64,000 nucleotides of DNA from Cirrosporium novae-zelandiae (Eukaryota). The translations under genes were made by a program, and so were the position numbers. How positions within the stretch are numbered: the stretch's first letter is position 1; each line of letters starts with the position of its first letter. The stretch spans positions 930,001 through 994,000 of the forward strand of contig JAPETS010000003.1 in the NCBI GenBank assembly GCA_026023565.1. The letters run 5' to 3'. A model generated the notes under the pieces. The model ran no database searches, was not told the DNA's origin, and saw only the letters and a list, made by a program, of their open reading frames with translations. Below are positions 1 through 12,905 of this stretch, piece by piece.

Positions 1-103
1 ACTAGCTAGAGATGAATAGTTATCGAAAAACTCGAAAGGTGATAAAGAGAAGTGGTTGATCAAGATATCATAATATGCGTGTTTGTGGCTATTTAAAGAA
101 ATT

Positions 104-134
<31 letters not shown>

Positions 135-386
135 GGAAAAAGGTAGGAGGGGGGAGGATGGCTGCTGTTTCCTGCCATGCTTCAACTCCTGGACACCCCA
201 TCATTGTATCCCATCTGCTGGCGCAAAATGTGTTTTCATTCTGGTTCTATATTCCTTTTCTTTACTTCCAAGATCTCTAACCGCTTTCTTTTCTACTCTT
301 TTAATTTTGGCGTCTCGAATGCGAACCCTATAGTATTCTAGTTAGTTGTCCACTACTTCGATAGCTATCCTATCACGCAGCCTGAA

Positions 387-3300
387 TTAGGCGCTGCCCT
401 TACAATGATATAACGGGGTTTCACCCCGATTATTTGAGGAATTTAGTTCCGCCCCTTTTTCTACAGCCCAGTGCAGTGGGGCATGACCAAATATAAAGTC
501 TTTGACGTCTATATTATCCAAGTTTTGGTCAATCAAGTCCTTAAGTATCACTTTATGTCCCAGGATTGATGCTATAGCCACAGTTGTAAGGTCTAGACTG
601 ACTTTAGAGATGCTGAAGCCCATATGTAAGGTCCTAAACCATGTTCTGTACTTGTGGTAGCTTCTCAGAGCTAGATATCCAAGTTCTGTATCTTCTTACA
701 CTTCTTTAAAGTGGCCTGGCCAATAGCTTGTAGCGTAATCAAACAATGAATGACTGAAGGTATCACTTTTTATCCTCCTTTCAACTTCCCATGATAGTGC
801 TTGATTTTGGAAATTAGATAGGAAAATATATCGCAAGCAGATTTCAGCAAGAACACGGTTCGATTCGTATAATGAAATAGAATGTTTCCAAGGAGGGCTA
901 AGGTGGGATGGATCTTCCGGCAGTTTGATCAAGAATTCTCTAGCAGTTTGGTGGACCAGATATACCCTCTTATCAATTATCCTGACAAAAAGGCCACAGA
1001 GACCCTTGATCGTGTTTTGTATAGAGGGCTCGAGGCTTTCTTTCAAATTTTCTTCTGAACTATGATGACCTTTTATGGAAAAGGCGAAGTTCATTTCTGT
1101 GAGAGAGAGTGGTCTAGCAGCACCAACAACGATATACAGAATTTTTCTTGTTTGTGGATTATCGGATCCGGCCTTGGAAAGCATATTTTCGTAGACCTCG
1201 TCCAAAGTACTAGGTATATCTCTCAAATATTTTTCTAAGGCAGGTTTTGAAGCCTGGTGCTCCTTGTCGATGAAGTACAGAATAAGAGATACCCAAAGGA
1301 ATGAATGATCAGCAGATCTAATGAGTTTTTGGGTTAATTCACCACAAACATCCTCTGAAAGCCCTTTATCTCTACCAATCTCTCGGACCTTATCCCTAAC
1401 AACGAGTTTTATATCGTTATCGGTTGACGCCAATTCGTCTTCGCCTTTCAGTCTAATTGTAGGAAGTTCTTTAAAATTTCTCTCGATTTCCCGATAGGGA
1501 CGACTTGTCACTAAGACTTTTAGAGAGATATGATTCGCGACAGATTGATCCGAGTAAAGCTGAACAAGAGAACGGATAAGCTGGTTTCGAGTAGAAACTC
1601 CGCACTCGTCTAGGGCATCGATAACACAGTATATGTTCCCACTCCCGGGATCCTTTGCTGCACTTATTAGGATTTTCCACAGAGATTCAAATTCGTTAAC
1701 AAATTTCGAATCCCTTGTGTTGTATATAAGCATCGCATGCTCAAGAAGATGAGGTTTAGCAGAAAACAGCTGATGAAGTAAAGCACGGAGTGCCAGGACC
1801 GCGCTCTTCTGTTCGTCACTATCATCTTTGAAGAAGAAATAACAGGTTTTACAAGACAGTGACGCAGAATTTTTACTCAATGCACTGAGCTTGTCGGTTA
1901 TCCATGATGCCAGAACGGACTTCCCACAGCCTGGGTCTGCGGATAGCCAGAGAAGGCTTCCCCCCGGTTCCTGAAACCATGTCTGATATTTTTCGTGCTT
2001 AGAAAACCATTCACAGGTACCAGCTATTCGATGCAGCACCCTAGCTTTGCGTTTTTCATAGGACGGATAATATAACAACTATATACATGCCTACTGTTCT
2101 AGGGATAAAGTTGGAGGCTCAATAACTGTTCATAATTTGTGAGACTTTATTTTATAATAAACTCAAATTTACGTACAGGAAGATGTTAATGCTACAGATA
2201 TCACCAAATTCTTCACAGCTACCCAGACCTGCCTATATTTTGGACTTTCGGCGTCATCAAACTTGCACATTGTCTTATGATTTGTACCATCAATACCAAC
2301 AGGAGTCTCGTTTGGAAGATGTAATGTGGCTGAATCTTCGTCCACAATCTGAAGAAAGTCAGACTTAAAGATTTAAAATTTTGTACGCTTTAAATATAAA
2401 ATACGCTGGTAGGTGATATAAAGGTTCATATTAAAATTGAAGGCTCTTCGGTTGTATGAAATCTTGCATAACTTACCACTTGGTTTCCCATCTTTTCCGT
2501 TTCGAAAAACGTCCGAATTTGAAGCTGAGTACCTCTTTCGACAAATTGTCGAGATATATTTGCGAGAGTGGGCGAATTTTTTACTAATGCATCAATAAGA
2601 TTTTTATTGACTTTAAGGCCCAGTTGCCCATAATCAAGAAGGTTTGCAACAAATCTCCCCCAATAGGCGATATCTGCGCCACGATGAGGTACTCCAAAAA
2701 ATATACATGCTTTCACAGAGTGCAGAAGGGATTTGTATAGCATCAATCGTTCATTAGCAATAATCATAGCCTATAAATTATCAGCCAACCAAATTCTTTA
2801 TTTGTAAAGTTCAAGACAGACGCATCATACAACACCTACCTTCTTCATCACGATACCTCCAAGACTGTGACATATGAATAGAACTGGTCGATTCATTGAT
2901 GCTTTACCGCGTTCTCCCTCTAGTCGATCAAAAAGTAAGGTAGTTACCTTATTAATGTTTATTACACTATTAATAAAGTATACACACGAATCGTATTCAA
3001 AAACATAATTCTCGCACTAAAGCCGGCATCGCGTAGTTGATCTGGAAGAAAATCTTTAAGCCAGAATTTTCTATCGTCCGTCCATGTGTCTTTCCAGTGA
3101 CCACCTAAGCCATGGATAGCAACAATGCTAGCAGTTCAATTAGCCATGTACAGTATGAAAAATAGTTATACAACAAATCCGGACACTCAGGTTTTGGAAA
3201 GAGATCAAGGATAGTATGATGTTGGATCCTTCATCATGTATATAGTACGGAGGCTCATTACAATGGTACTGCACCATTGTGAACAGCTTCAAGACCCTAG

Positions 3301-3730
3301 ACATTCATTCTGGCATACTAGTCATTCTCTAGTGCCCACTTTGGTTTTCAAATAAAGACGAATATCCATCCGCGTAGCTCTAGAACTGACTGGAGGACCC
3401 CAGGAGCTTTAAAGGTGTAGAACCTTTGCAGTTGAACATGACATTGTATTGGTTTGTCAACGAATAGCCAGCCTGGTCCCAGCAACCGCGAATATCGTAA
3501 ATGGTGGTCGAAGGTCGATAAAAATGACTCACTCGATCCAAGGTTTCTCATTGTTTTGCAAATCGCTCAGGATAAACAACCCATTCCTTTCTGCAGGTGG
3601 TTGGTGCTGCTGATGATATGTTAGTCCCATGAAAGAATCGAAAAGATAAAGCCCTTACACTCCAACTTTCCGGAACTAGCTTTAAGTCCTCGTCTTTAGC
3701 TCTACGCCAGAAAGAGAAGCGCCAAGGCAT
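387..3730 (-). pseudogene. NLR-like gene: SesB-like alpha/beta-hydrolase + NACHT NTPase + ankyrin repeats; inactivated
   Basis: Spliced reading gives IVAIHGLGG..TW..FWLKDFLP, FICHSLGGIVMKK, FFGVPHRG and NHKTMCKF (hydrolase). Walker A is ADPGCGKS and Walker B is CVIDALDEC, followed by LVHQTAREFL and ankyrin motifs GHAPLHWAV and GETPL. In-frame stops lie at 2091-2093 (TAG), 2079-2081 (TAG) and 696-698 (TAA), with a 1-nt frameshift in the A5 run at 2999-3003. Confidence 0.9.
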
Positions 3731-5724
3731 ATCGAGCCGCTGAGGTCACTGTCACTCATATAGATCACAACGCAAATTGATGGGAAAGTAAAGATAAGAT
3801 GGATGCTTTAATGTCAAGCTGACAGGTCTCTAAACTGAAGAGTGAAGAAGATAATTGAATCCTATCGCTTATGTCGCAGCCTTACACTTCACCCCTCCAT
3901 TGCAAGGGCTCATTTGATTTGAGCACTCTCTTCTTGCATAGACGACATGGATGTATACCCGAGCTGTATCGCCTCAGAGGTCCAATAGCAGATGCTGTAA
4001 ATCTTAAACAATCGAAATAGAGAAATTCAGTCAAAGTTCAAAAAATATTTAAGAAAATATATAGATATATAAATGATTCTACAATACTAGGAGAAGCATT
4101 CGGTTTTTGGGCAGTCCTTACAATTTCCATCTACCCAGTCTTCGACAGTCAAAATACAGAGGTACACTCGAAAAGTTATACAACACCCAGACCCTCCAAG
4201 TAGTCAAGCTATAGTATAGGCAGACTATAAAGATACTGATCTATTTCAGTTTGTCGACTAGAAAAGGTGTAGGAGATGAATATTGGATTAGATAGAAAGC
4301 ATTAGTAAGGGTTGAAGACTGATAGAATACTTGTAACTACCTAGGTAGTGACGAATGCCAGAAATCTCTAGCAAATTGAAGTATTTCGGCTTCGAGTTGT
4401 AACGCATTAAGCGAAAAGGTCTGATTTGTTATTTTATGTAAAAGGATGGATGTACATCTGTAGAATTAATTCTATGAAAGTTATGCTATTTATACATTTG
4501 GTGTAGTCCAGGCCCCATGGATTACTTCGGGGAGATGCGACACATCCTTCTGTTGTAATTCTCCCGACTTAGCGCATCTATGTTTTCCCGCTGCTGTCAG
4601 GACCCGAGTTTGCCAACGCCATTTTCTTCTCCAAAGTTGCCATCACTCTGTGGTCATTCACGGGTCCCTTAATATATTTGCCATATCTAACGCTCTTGCT
4701 CCATATATTAAAGTGGCACCGTAAGTGCTTTTGTTTGTTATCCATGACTGCAACCCTTCAGATGACGGCTACACTTTCGGACATTTGACCTTTCTGCTCC
4801 CTCTTTTACTTTATGTCTTTCTATCAGCTGCACAGTTCCCATGCTACCTGCCATTTCGACATCATCCAGCTTACGACAACAAGCTGTCGATTCCGGAAAA
4901 TTCATTGTGATATCTCTTGGTGTTTTGGAGCAATGTCTTAGAGCAATGCCTGGTTAGACCCTCTAATAGTCGATTAGCAATAATACCTTTATCTCGTCGT
5001 CTCGCCTATTGTTATCTGGCCGTTTCGATGCCGTGGCTGGCCGCTTCCCCGTACCTGTCAAGAATCCCACTCCTCTTGGCGGAAATCTTGGCGGAAATCT
5101 TGGCGGAGGTCTTGGCAGATGGCTTTGCAATGAGAAGTCTGCGATATGCGCTGCCAAGGACCAGACTTGTTCTTAGTCTGTGATCCTCAACTCAACGGTT
5201 TCTTTAAACAAGATTTCTTTAAATTACTTAGCAAGCATTCTATTCTTGGCGTACATGAGTGGTACTGCAGCCGTTCGGGCCGCTTATGCAAAGAATCCCG
5301 GCAAACATGGGGTTTTTTTTGTCTACCGACAAGCTAGGTTATATCTACATCCAATACCGGAGAAAACATTGAACTTCAATTAGCACCAACCTGGCACCTA
5401 GATAACCAACCATACGACCCATGACTTAAATTATCTCTTCATCAAATACCTACCCGATACTGAGATGGCCTGTCCACTTCTTGTTATCTCTACAACTCGG
5501 AGCATATTTCCAAAGACCTGGTCATCTGCAATGGAACAGCAGACGGCATTTCGAAACGGAGGAATTCATATAGGGGAGGGCATTGCGCGTCGAAACACGT
5601 CCTTATAAAGACCACTGGAAGCCTTCGAGAAATGTAGATCTTCCATAGGAGTTACTAGACCTTTGTCTGCCCCTGATTTAACTAGTCTGTCTAATACACA
5701 AATATCCTATTTTCTTATACTATC

Positions 5725-7052
5725 ATGAAGTTCTTCATTGCCGTCGCAGTCTCCTCAGCTCTCGGGGCATTGTCAGCTCCCACGCTGCACCGACGCGATA
5801 CCGAAGCGTACGATGTGATCATGACTGCCGATGCTGATATCACAAGCATCCTAGCTCAAATCAACCTCAGCCCTTCCAGTGACGATGTGACTCAAACGTT
5901 CAACAATAGTGCCTTCAATGGTTTCGCTGGCAGCATCACAGCAGCCGAGGCCTCAACCCTGGAGGACGTGTCCGATGTTTTGGCTGTATCTAAGCAGGCC
6001 ACCATCTCTATCTCCGCTACACGCTCGAATGCCCCATGGGGCTTGGAGCGCATTTCCCAAACTGATGCTGTTTCCGGCTCTGCCTCTTCCTTGACTTATA
6101 CCTATACATATTCAGATACTAGCCTTGGAGAGGGTGTCGATATTTATATCGTCGATACTGGTATCAACACAGAGCACGAGCAATTTGGTGACCGCGCCAG
6201 CATGGGCTACAGTTATTACACAAGTAACACCGACGACAACGGTCATGGCACACATTGTTCTGGTACAGCTGCTGGCAGCACATATGGGATTGCCTCAAAT
6301 GCAAACCTGATTGGCGTTAAGATCCTTGATTCTTCGGGATCAGGAACTTCTACAGGCGTAAATGCTCATACTTCCAGCCATAATGAAAATTATGTAAACT
6401 AACTAGTAGCAGTGTCTTGCTGGGCTAGAATATGTCGTTGAAGAGCATAACTCCCGGTCGAGCGATAGCGACTTTGTTGGGTCCGTCGCTTCAATGTCAT
6501 GGGGGTTCGATGGGCGCTCTACTTCGGTAGAAACTGTTGTCGAGGCTCTAGTTAGCGCGGGCGTGCATGCTTCAGTATGTCTTCAATTTTTATTCAATTA
6601 TGAATCCCATCTCCCAAATTCCATTAACATAGCCTTAGGTCGCAGCTGGTAACGACTATGGCAATGCCTGTTCATACACGCCTGCGTCTTTGGGGGGTGA
6701 CTCGGGTGTTGTTGTTTCTGTCGGCGCCACTAACATCAACGACGAAGTAGCATATTTCTCCAATACAGGTTCCTGTGTCGATATCTATGCGCCCGGCCAA
6801 TACGTTATTTCATCTTATATTGGAAGCGACAGCGCCACAGCAATTCTGTCTGGCACCAGCATGGCTACACCCCACGTCACGGGTCTCATAGCTTACTTCC
6901 TTGCAGCCGACAGCAGCTTGAGCACTCCAGCACTGATGAAGTCGTACTTGACAAGCAATGCCATTTCCGATGCCCTGAGCAGCGGGTCCGCGAATATCGT
7001 CAGTGGTAGTGATTTGATCCTTGCATATAATGGAGGGGCCGATGGGTTCTAA
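5725..7052 (+). CDS. Secreted subtilisin-like serine protease (S8A, proteinase K-like) with propeptide; 3 exons
   Basis: Signal peptide and NAPWGLERIS. Catalytic motifs are IVDTG (Asp), GHGTHCSG (His), AAGN (oxyanion) and SGTSMATPHV (Ser). Removing introns at ~6358-6412 and ~6575-6638 restores the frame. Confidence 0.96.
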
Positions 7053-8355
7053 ATTAGCATGGAACACACCTAGTTTGGTCGGCATCAAAAGTTTAATACA
7101 AACTAGGAGTTACTTTCCGGCCAGCAAGGGTATCTAAGTTGAAACGGGTTAGGTCGGATGGACTTCTTGCATGCGCCGTACCTGGTTAGCTGCTGTACAT
7201 ACCTTATCTTATCCAATGAAACATTTATTCTCCTAGTGTATACAGCATCAGCTATCGACATATTATATTTGCTGTAGTCCATCTATTAGTCCATAATTGA
7301 TCAGCCGATAATTCGAGCACATTGGCCACCCCTTTACTGGATATCTATCACGTACCTGCAGTCAGATGGTCTGTCCAATGCTAAAGGAAAGATATCTTCA
7401 CAGTCTTCAACAAATGATTGGACTATTAGATGCGCACTATACTCGAGTAGAACTACTTAGATAGGGTAGGTCAGGAGGTTTTATATAGTGTGCTGTACAA
7501 AGCATTGTAGCGCACATGGATTCCTATGGTCTTTTCACTGTTATTTGCTAGTAGCCATACCTTTACAGTTTTCTTTATTAGATAACAGATAACAAGGCGG
7601 TAGTTTTCTGTATCACAGCATAATCGAGACAAAGCATTATCAGTAAAGAAATGCTCTGAGCAGACCCCCCCTGGCAAGACCAGGAAAAGTGATCGAGCAG
7701 CTGGGTACATGTTAACATGGAAGTGTGACAGGTTAGAGAATCCCAGCTGGCGGCTTCAAATTTCTAAAAGGGCTCCATGAGTATTCATTCATCACTAGAG
7801 GGCTATAAGAATGATGAGAATGATATATTGTCGTCCGATGTATTACAGTATCCTATGTAAACGTCATTCCGAAGGATTTGTAGCTTAGCCGAGTCTAGAG
7901 CGTAAGTAATTCTCCTGGGGCTGAGAAAGTATAAGTACGACTGTTGCTACCAAGTTAACAGTGGTCAATGTTCGCGGGGATGATATCTTCAAAACGACCC
8001 CGTACAGCTGCCAATTGATCCCTTACAAGTTTGTTTCTCTCTATCATTTTCACTGTATCAACTTTTCCTTTGTGCGTTCTTTCCTGCGAACTGAGCTGTC
8101 GAATCCATTGTAGGACAATTAATAAATTGAAAAATTAACAGAGCTTAATAATTTGCATGAGGGAGGCTTTCGAGGAAAAATGGGCAACAGATATTCTTAG
8201 TCGGAGCGTTCCGAGGCATTTAAGATGATGCGGCTGCAGGAGACTGGAGTGAATTAGAGGATCAATCATTCTGTCTAAGCAAAGGTGCTCTTCTTGATAC
8301 CAGCTCATCCATGACTTGGTAAACGTCTTGAACATCCTACTTGAAAATAACCAAA

Positions 8356-9415
8356 ATGTGTCTTCCATGTTGGCCTTTTGCGGATGTATACTTGGAAGAA
8401 CCTCCTCCAAGGAGAAGAGAGAGAAAGACATATATTGTGTCAAATGGAGGTTATGTTACTGCTGAGAGAGCTGGCCCAAGAGCTCCAGTCCCACAACAGG
8501 TGAGTTGCCATTTCTATTCACTTCAAATATCTCTTCAGCGACGAAAGGGCCTCCATCACCACCTTCTTCATTTAAACCCCCACCCTCCCATCTTTTCACC
8601 TCTTCATCCTTTCCACTTTGTCATCTTACCATACACCAACATCAACTCAAGTCGTTTGGTTTTAAACGCCACAACATAAATTCCCCACCGAACACTCTCA
8701 ACTTTGTCAAAGAAATTCATTTCATCTCACTTCGTTCAACATGCCTGAGTGGATTCCCGCTCAGACGTACCATTATGTTCCTGCCATGAGACCAGCTACC
8801 CAGGCACCTCCAGCTGCAGCTCCGGGTCCAGGCCCAGGTCCGGCTCAACCAACATACGCATACATTCACGAATATGCTCAAAATGGTCCAATTTATACCT
8901 ATGGCCCAGCACAGGATCCTGTTTGTGTATTCTTAACTTCACCTCACCACTTTGATCTCATCTATGTACCCGTCACTAACACCTAATATCTTTAGATCGC
9001 TTATCAAGGCCCAGCTGCTACTGGTTACTATACTTTGGCTGGTAATAACCTTACCACAACTCCGGCTGATGGTTATTACACCTACCTTACTGATCCTCCA
9101 GCTCCGGCTCCAGCGGCCCCAGCAGGTCCTGCGACTCATGTAGCCCCACCTTTGCCAAAAGACAACGTCTACTGGTACGGCCTGACCCCAGAACAAGTTG
9201 ACGCGCAGAATCATACCCATGCTCAAAGATCTGGCGCCAACAATGCCTATCAGCTTGCTCCCGCCGCTCAGGCCGACCAGGAGTTCTGGGTTAGAGAGCT
9301 TGATGCTAGCTACACCTTGCGCAAATACTGGGACATTAACGAGAATCTTCAGCCTGGGTATTGGACTACTGTGGGTACGCAGAGGCCTTATTTCGTCAGG
9401 CAGCGTACTGCTTGA
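8356..9415 (+). CDS. Pro/Ala/Tyr-rich fungal hypothetical protein; exons 8356-8499, 8765-8920, 8996-9415 (alternative start 8741)
   Basis: GTGAGT donor at 8500, in-frame acceptor CAG at 8764, and intron 8921-8995 with a CTAAC branch site. The C-terminus (QEFWVRELD..PGYW..RPYFVR) looks globular. Confidence 0.7.
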
Positions 9416-10233
9416 ACAGGTGAGTGAAGCTAGAAACCATTTACAAACCTTTACATTAAGCTCATCTCATAGTGCCTAGTATTCTGTCTTCGAAAGCTTA
9501 GCGGTTTCATTATATATCCTCCTACGCTATAGAATGACATGACTCGGCTTATGATGAAACGATCCATGCTTTTCCTTTGTGTTTACGAGATCTTCTTGTG
9601 CCAATAGGAGTGAATATTCAACCCCAGCGTGATCCAAAAGAGGCTAGGTTATTCTTTTTTGATCAATTCATGCAGTGTACAATAGCGACTATAAAGGTCA
9701 TGGCGGATGATTTGTTGGTTTTTCGAGCATTCATTCTGCAGCTTCTATTCGGATAAAATGCTGGCCTAGCTAATTACTTACGAAATGCGGATGGTGTCTA
9801 TTGAGCAAACTCATAATGAGGCCGCTAGTTTTATGCGAATGTATCCTAGAACGATGTGCTAGCAAACGGGTTCAATTTGACTGGCAATTGTAAGATTCTT
9901 TTGGGATTATTCTGCGTATAGAGCCTTTAATGCAGCCCCAATCCCATAATAAAGAGAGTCAAGCCTAGGTGGGTTTATATGAATTACTACTCGACTTTCG
10001 TTTTTGACCTACGGCGTTATACCATATAATACTAGAATCATGACGCCCTTCTCCTTGTTACTAAGAGGGGTTACTATACGCGTTACATCTCAATACTCAA
10101 GCTATCACTGGTATCTTTATTACCTCCTCCACCGAACCAAACGTAAAAATTACCCTACCTCTCAATAACGCGAGTCATCGTAGGTTGGAGCAGCTTCTGG
10201 AGTATCCATCAACAGAACTTCACTGTTTTACTC

Positions 10234-11052
10234 TTAGTGCTTTCTCTTTTTCCCTTGCTTCCCTTTCTTCCCACCACCCAGCCCTTCCCCGAAATCACCA
10301 CTCCTCCTAGCTTTCCGATTTTTCCCTCTACTCGGACAATCCGACTTCATGTGCCCTTGCTGTCCACATAGATGACACGTTCCGCTGAAGCTCGACGACC
10401 CCCCTCCCCCAGAAATAGACGTCAGGCCCTTCAGACTGACGGGCGGGGGCTTCTGTTGCTGGGAATGGCGCTGGTTGAAGCTTGATTTGCGGCGACGAGG
10501 TGTATCAGACACGGAAGAGGAATCTGAGTCTGAATTATCTTCGGAGTCTGCTCCCTCCTCCTTGTCCGAATCCTCATGTCCCTCTTGGTTCTGAACCTCA
10601 TTCTTTCTCTTCCAGCCACCGAAACTGCGCCTGCCCATTCCAATTCTTACTGTTTCTTCATCATCATCATCCACCTGGCCCGTCCACTTTCCCGAGCTCC
10701 GTATTTCTTTAATGACCCTTTGCTCGGATCGATCTTCATGTTCCTGGAACCCTAAAACCCACTCCGTCTCCCTCGGCACCTCGCCCTTCTCCATCATCGT
10801 CTTGGCTAGCGCAGCCTTCCTGGTCTCCTCCTCCTTTCGTATCGCGGCATTGATGGCATCGATTTCGGGCGCGGGGGTCGTGGGCGTGGATGACGCGGAG
10901 AGCCTTTGGCGCTTCGAGGAGCGTGGAGAGGTTTCGAGGTTGTTGGAGGCGACTACTGATGCGGTTGCGCCGCGTTGCATGAATTTCATGGTTAGGAGAC
11001 GTGATGACATTGTTTTGGAGGGCTTGCGCTCCAGTGGAGGTGGAGCAGCCAT
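10234..11052 (-). CDS. Mpp6-like nuclear exosome-associated factor with a C-terminal CCHC zinc knuckle
   Basis: The motif MSSRLLTMKFMQR and the later GRRSFG are characteristic of the MPP6 family. Zinc knuckle CHLCGQQGHMKSDC and a basic NLS-like tail. The ATG at 11052 is preferred over the TTG start with its His microsatellite. Confidence 0.78.
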   Translation of the reverse strand: MAAPPPLERKPSKTMSSRLLTMKFMQRGATASVVASNNLETSPRSSKRQRLSASSTPTTPAPEIDAINAAIRKEEETRKAALAKTMMEKGEVPRETEWVLGFQEHEDRSEQRVIKEIRSSGKWTGQVDDDDEETVRIGMGRRSFGGWKRKNEVQNQEGHEDSDKEEGADSEDNSDSDSSSVSDTPRRRKSSFNQRHSQQQKPPPVSLKGLTSISGGGGSSSFSGTCHLCGQQGHMKSDCPSRGKNRKARRSGDFGEGLGGGKKGKQGKKRKH

Positions 11053-11355
11053 TTGTGAGGTTTGCGTGATGAGTAGGTAAAGTGAGTGATTGCGGTGATG
11101 ATGATGATGATGATGATGTACAGTACACAAATAGTAAAGTAATTAGACAGAATTTCACATAAACTTCAATTATTATGTATCCGTCGCGAACATTTTGAAG
11201 TTTGAACCGAACTTAGCTGTCCACGGATGTTGCCGCAACTACAGTACCGAGAGGGAGAGAGCTGACCTACCTCCATCTCAACCACCAAAGGTTGATGTAA
11301 ATCAAACCACGAACCTCCCCCAATCTCCCCTCTACCAAAAAGAAAAAAAAAAGAA

Positions 11356-12402
11356 ATGCTCCCAACCCTACGCACCCGCGGGGCCTCCTCCCTCCTCCTC
11401 CTCCGAGGTTTCTACTCCTCCCCATCGCCTCTCATCCGCGCCTACTCAACACCACCGACCCCCACAAAAGCCCCCGCCGGCGGCGCCGACCCCAGCGCCG
11501 ATCACATCCCCACGAACGACCCGGCGCCCAAACCGCAAGTTCAAAATGTGTCAGCGACGAACCAGCTACCTACGAGCCCGATGGGGAGCATGGATAGTTC
11601 GATCCAGGAGGGTGTAGAGGAGGCCGAGGAGAAGCGGGTTGCGCAGGCTCCGAACCGGAAGGGCATTTGGAGTCGCAGTCAGCAGCCCAGGGAGAAGGCT
11701 ATGACGGGCCCGAGGTTCGAACAAACGATGATGGAGTTTCAGGTATGCGGTCTTGGTTCAATTGGATGGTCGCCCTCCACCGGAAGTGGGAGAAAAGATA
11801 GCATGTGAGAGAGGAGATCGACATTGATGTTAATCCCTCTTCTCTTCCCTTCCTCTCCAATTGCCATGCACAATTCATACTGATTTACATGATGCTAACG
11901 CCTTATCTCTCTTACCCCCCCATAGCCCCGCCCTCACGCCGCAATTGAATTAATCCACAAGCAACCCGTGCGGTGGGTGGATACCCGCATGGTTTCCTGC
12001 GACGGTGGCGGGGGACCCCTCGGTCACCCTAAGATCTTTATCAATGTCGATAAGCCCCAGATCTGCTGGTGCACTTATTGCGGGATACCCTTCGTAAGCA
12101 ATTCCATTCCTCTACCCTTTTTTGATCTTATAACTATTTTGGCTTCGAGGGGGAAGGGAGATACCCCCGGGGTGGGGAAGTCCAAGAACCACCTACATTC
12201 CAATATTCCGCCCCTCCATATTAGTTATTTCATCTCCTAAGCTACACTGCTAACACCCCCACCAACCCAGGCCCATTCCCACCACCGCCACGAAATAGAA
12301 TCCAAGCCCCACCTGCACACATATCCCCTAGACCCAACGGGCCACGAAGCAGAAGTCGAGGAATCCCAGCGCGTGACCGATGAGCCGTTTGGACAACGGT
12401 AG
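11356..12402 (+). CDS. NDUFS6: NADH:ubiquinone oxidoreductase zinc-finger accessory subunit (NDUFS6/NUMM-like); exons 11356-11742, 11926-12093, 12271-12402
   Basis: Arg-rich mitochondrial presequence, QAPNR..WS.SQ.PR..AM.GPRFEQ, and zf-CHCC motif VSCDGGGGPLGHPKIFIN..CTYCG. Splice sites are canonical and preserve the frame. Confidence 0.93.
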
Positions 12403-12905
12403 ATTTGCTGTGTTTCGGTTTTGTGTGAAGGAGAAGACGATACAGAAGAAGAAAATGAAGATATGGGCGGGATGATGGGGGGGTGATGGAAAAGGGGAAG
12501 CAAGATTTGGATCTTGGAATGGAATTGGGTTTATGTATATAATGATATCGTAGGAAGGTTAGCTAGTATGATAGCCGGTGGGTGAGAAATCCTAGAGGAG
12601 AAAGTTCATTAGCCAAGTTGGCTATGTACACGTCCTATCTAAGGATATGATTTTCTTTCTATCAGGGAAGTTGATGGTGTGTATACTTACTACTTACCCG
12701 CATCGTCGTTGTCGAGATCCTTACCTATTTACATGCATGTACAGTACATATGTACGCCATTCCGGTATAAAACATTCCTCCAGAAACCAGAAAACCCAAT
12801 AAAAAACATTCCTCAAGACTAATTAATTAACTTCATTCCCCCTCCCCCCCCAACCAACCACCTACACAGAATACGTAAACCCGTCCCATCCCATCCCATC
12901 ACCAA

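Noticed and set aside
4738..5290. Minus-strand frame with only TAA/TAG stops and a 12-bp repeat (PPRF x2-3), a possible RIP-degraded gene relic
   Set aside because: Six stops in ~185 codons is not clearly different from chance, and no protein family is recognisable.
11053..11130. Poly-His N-terminus on the Mpp6-like ORF
   Set aside because: It comes from a (CAT)n microsatellite upstream of the real ATG, reached only through a TTG start.
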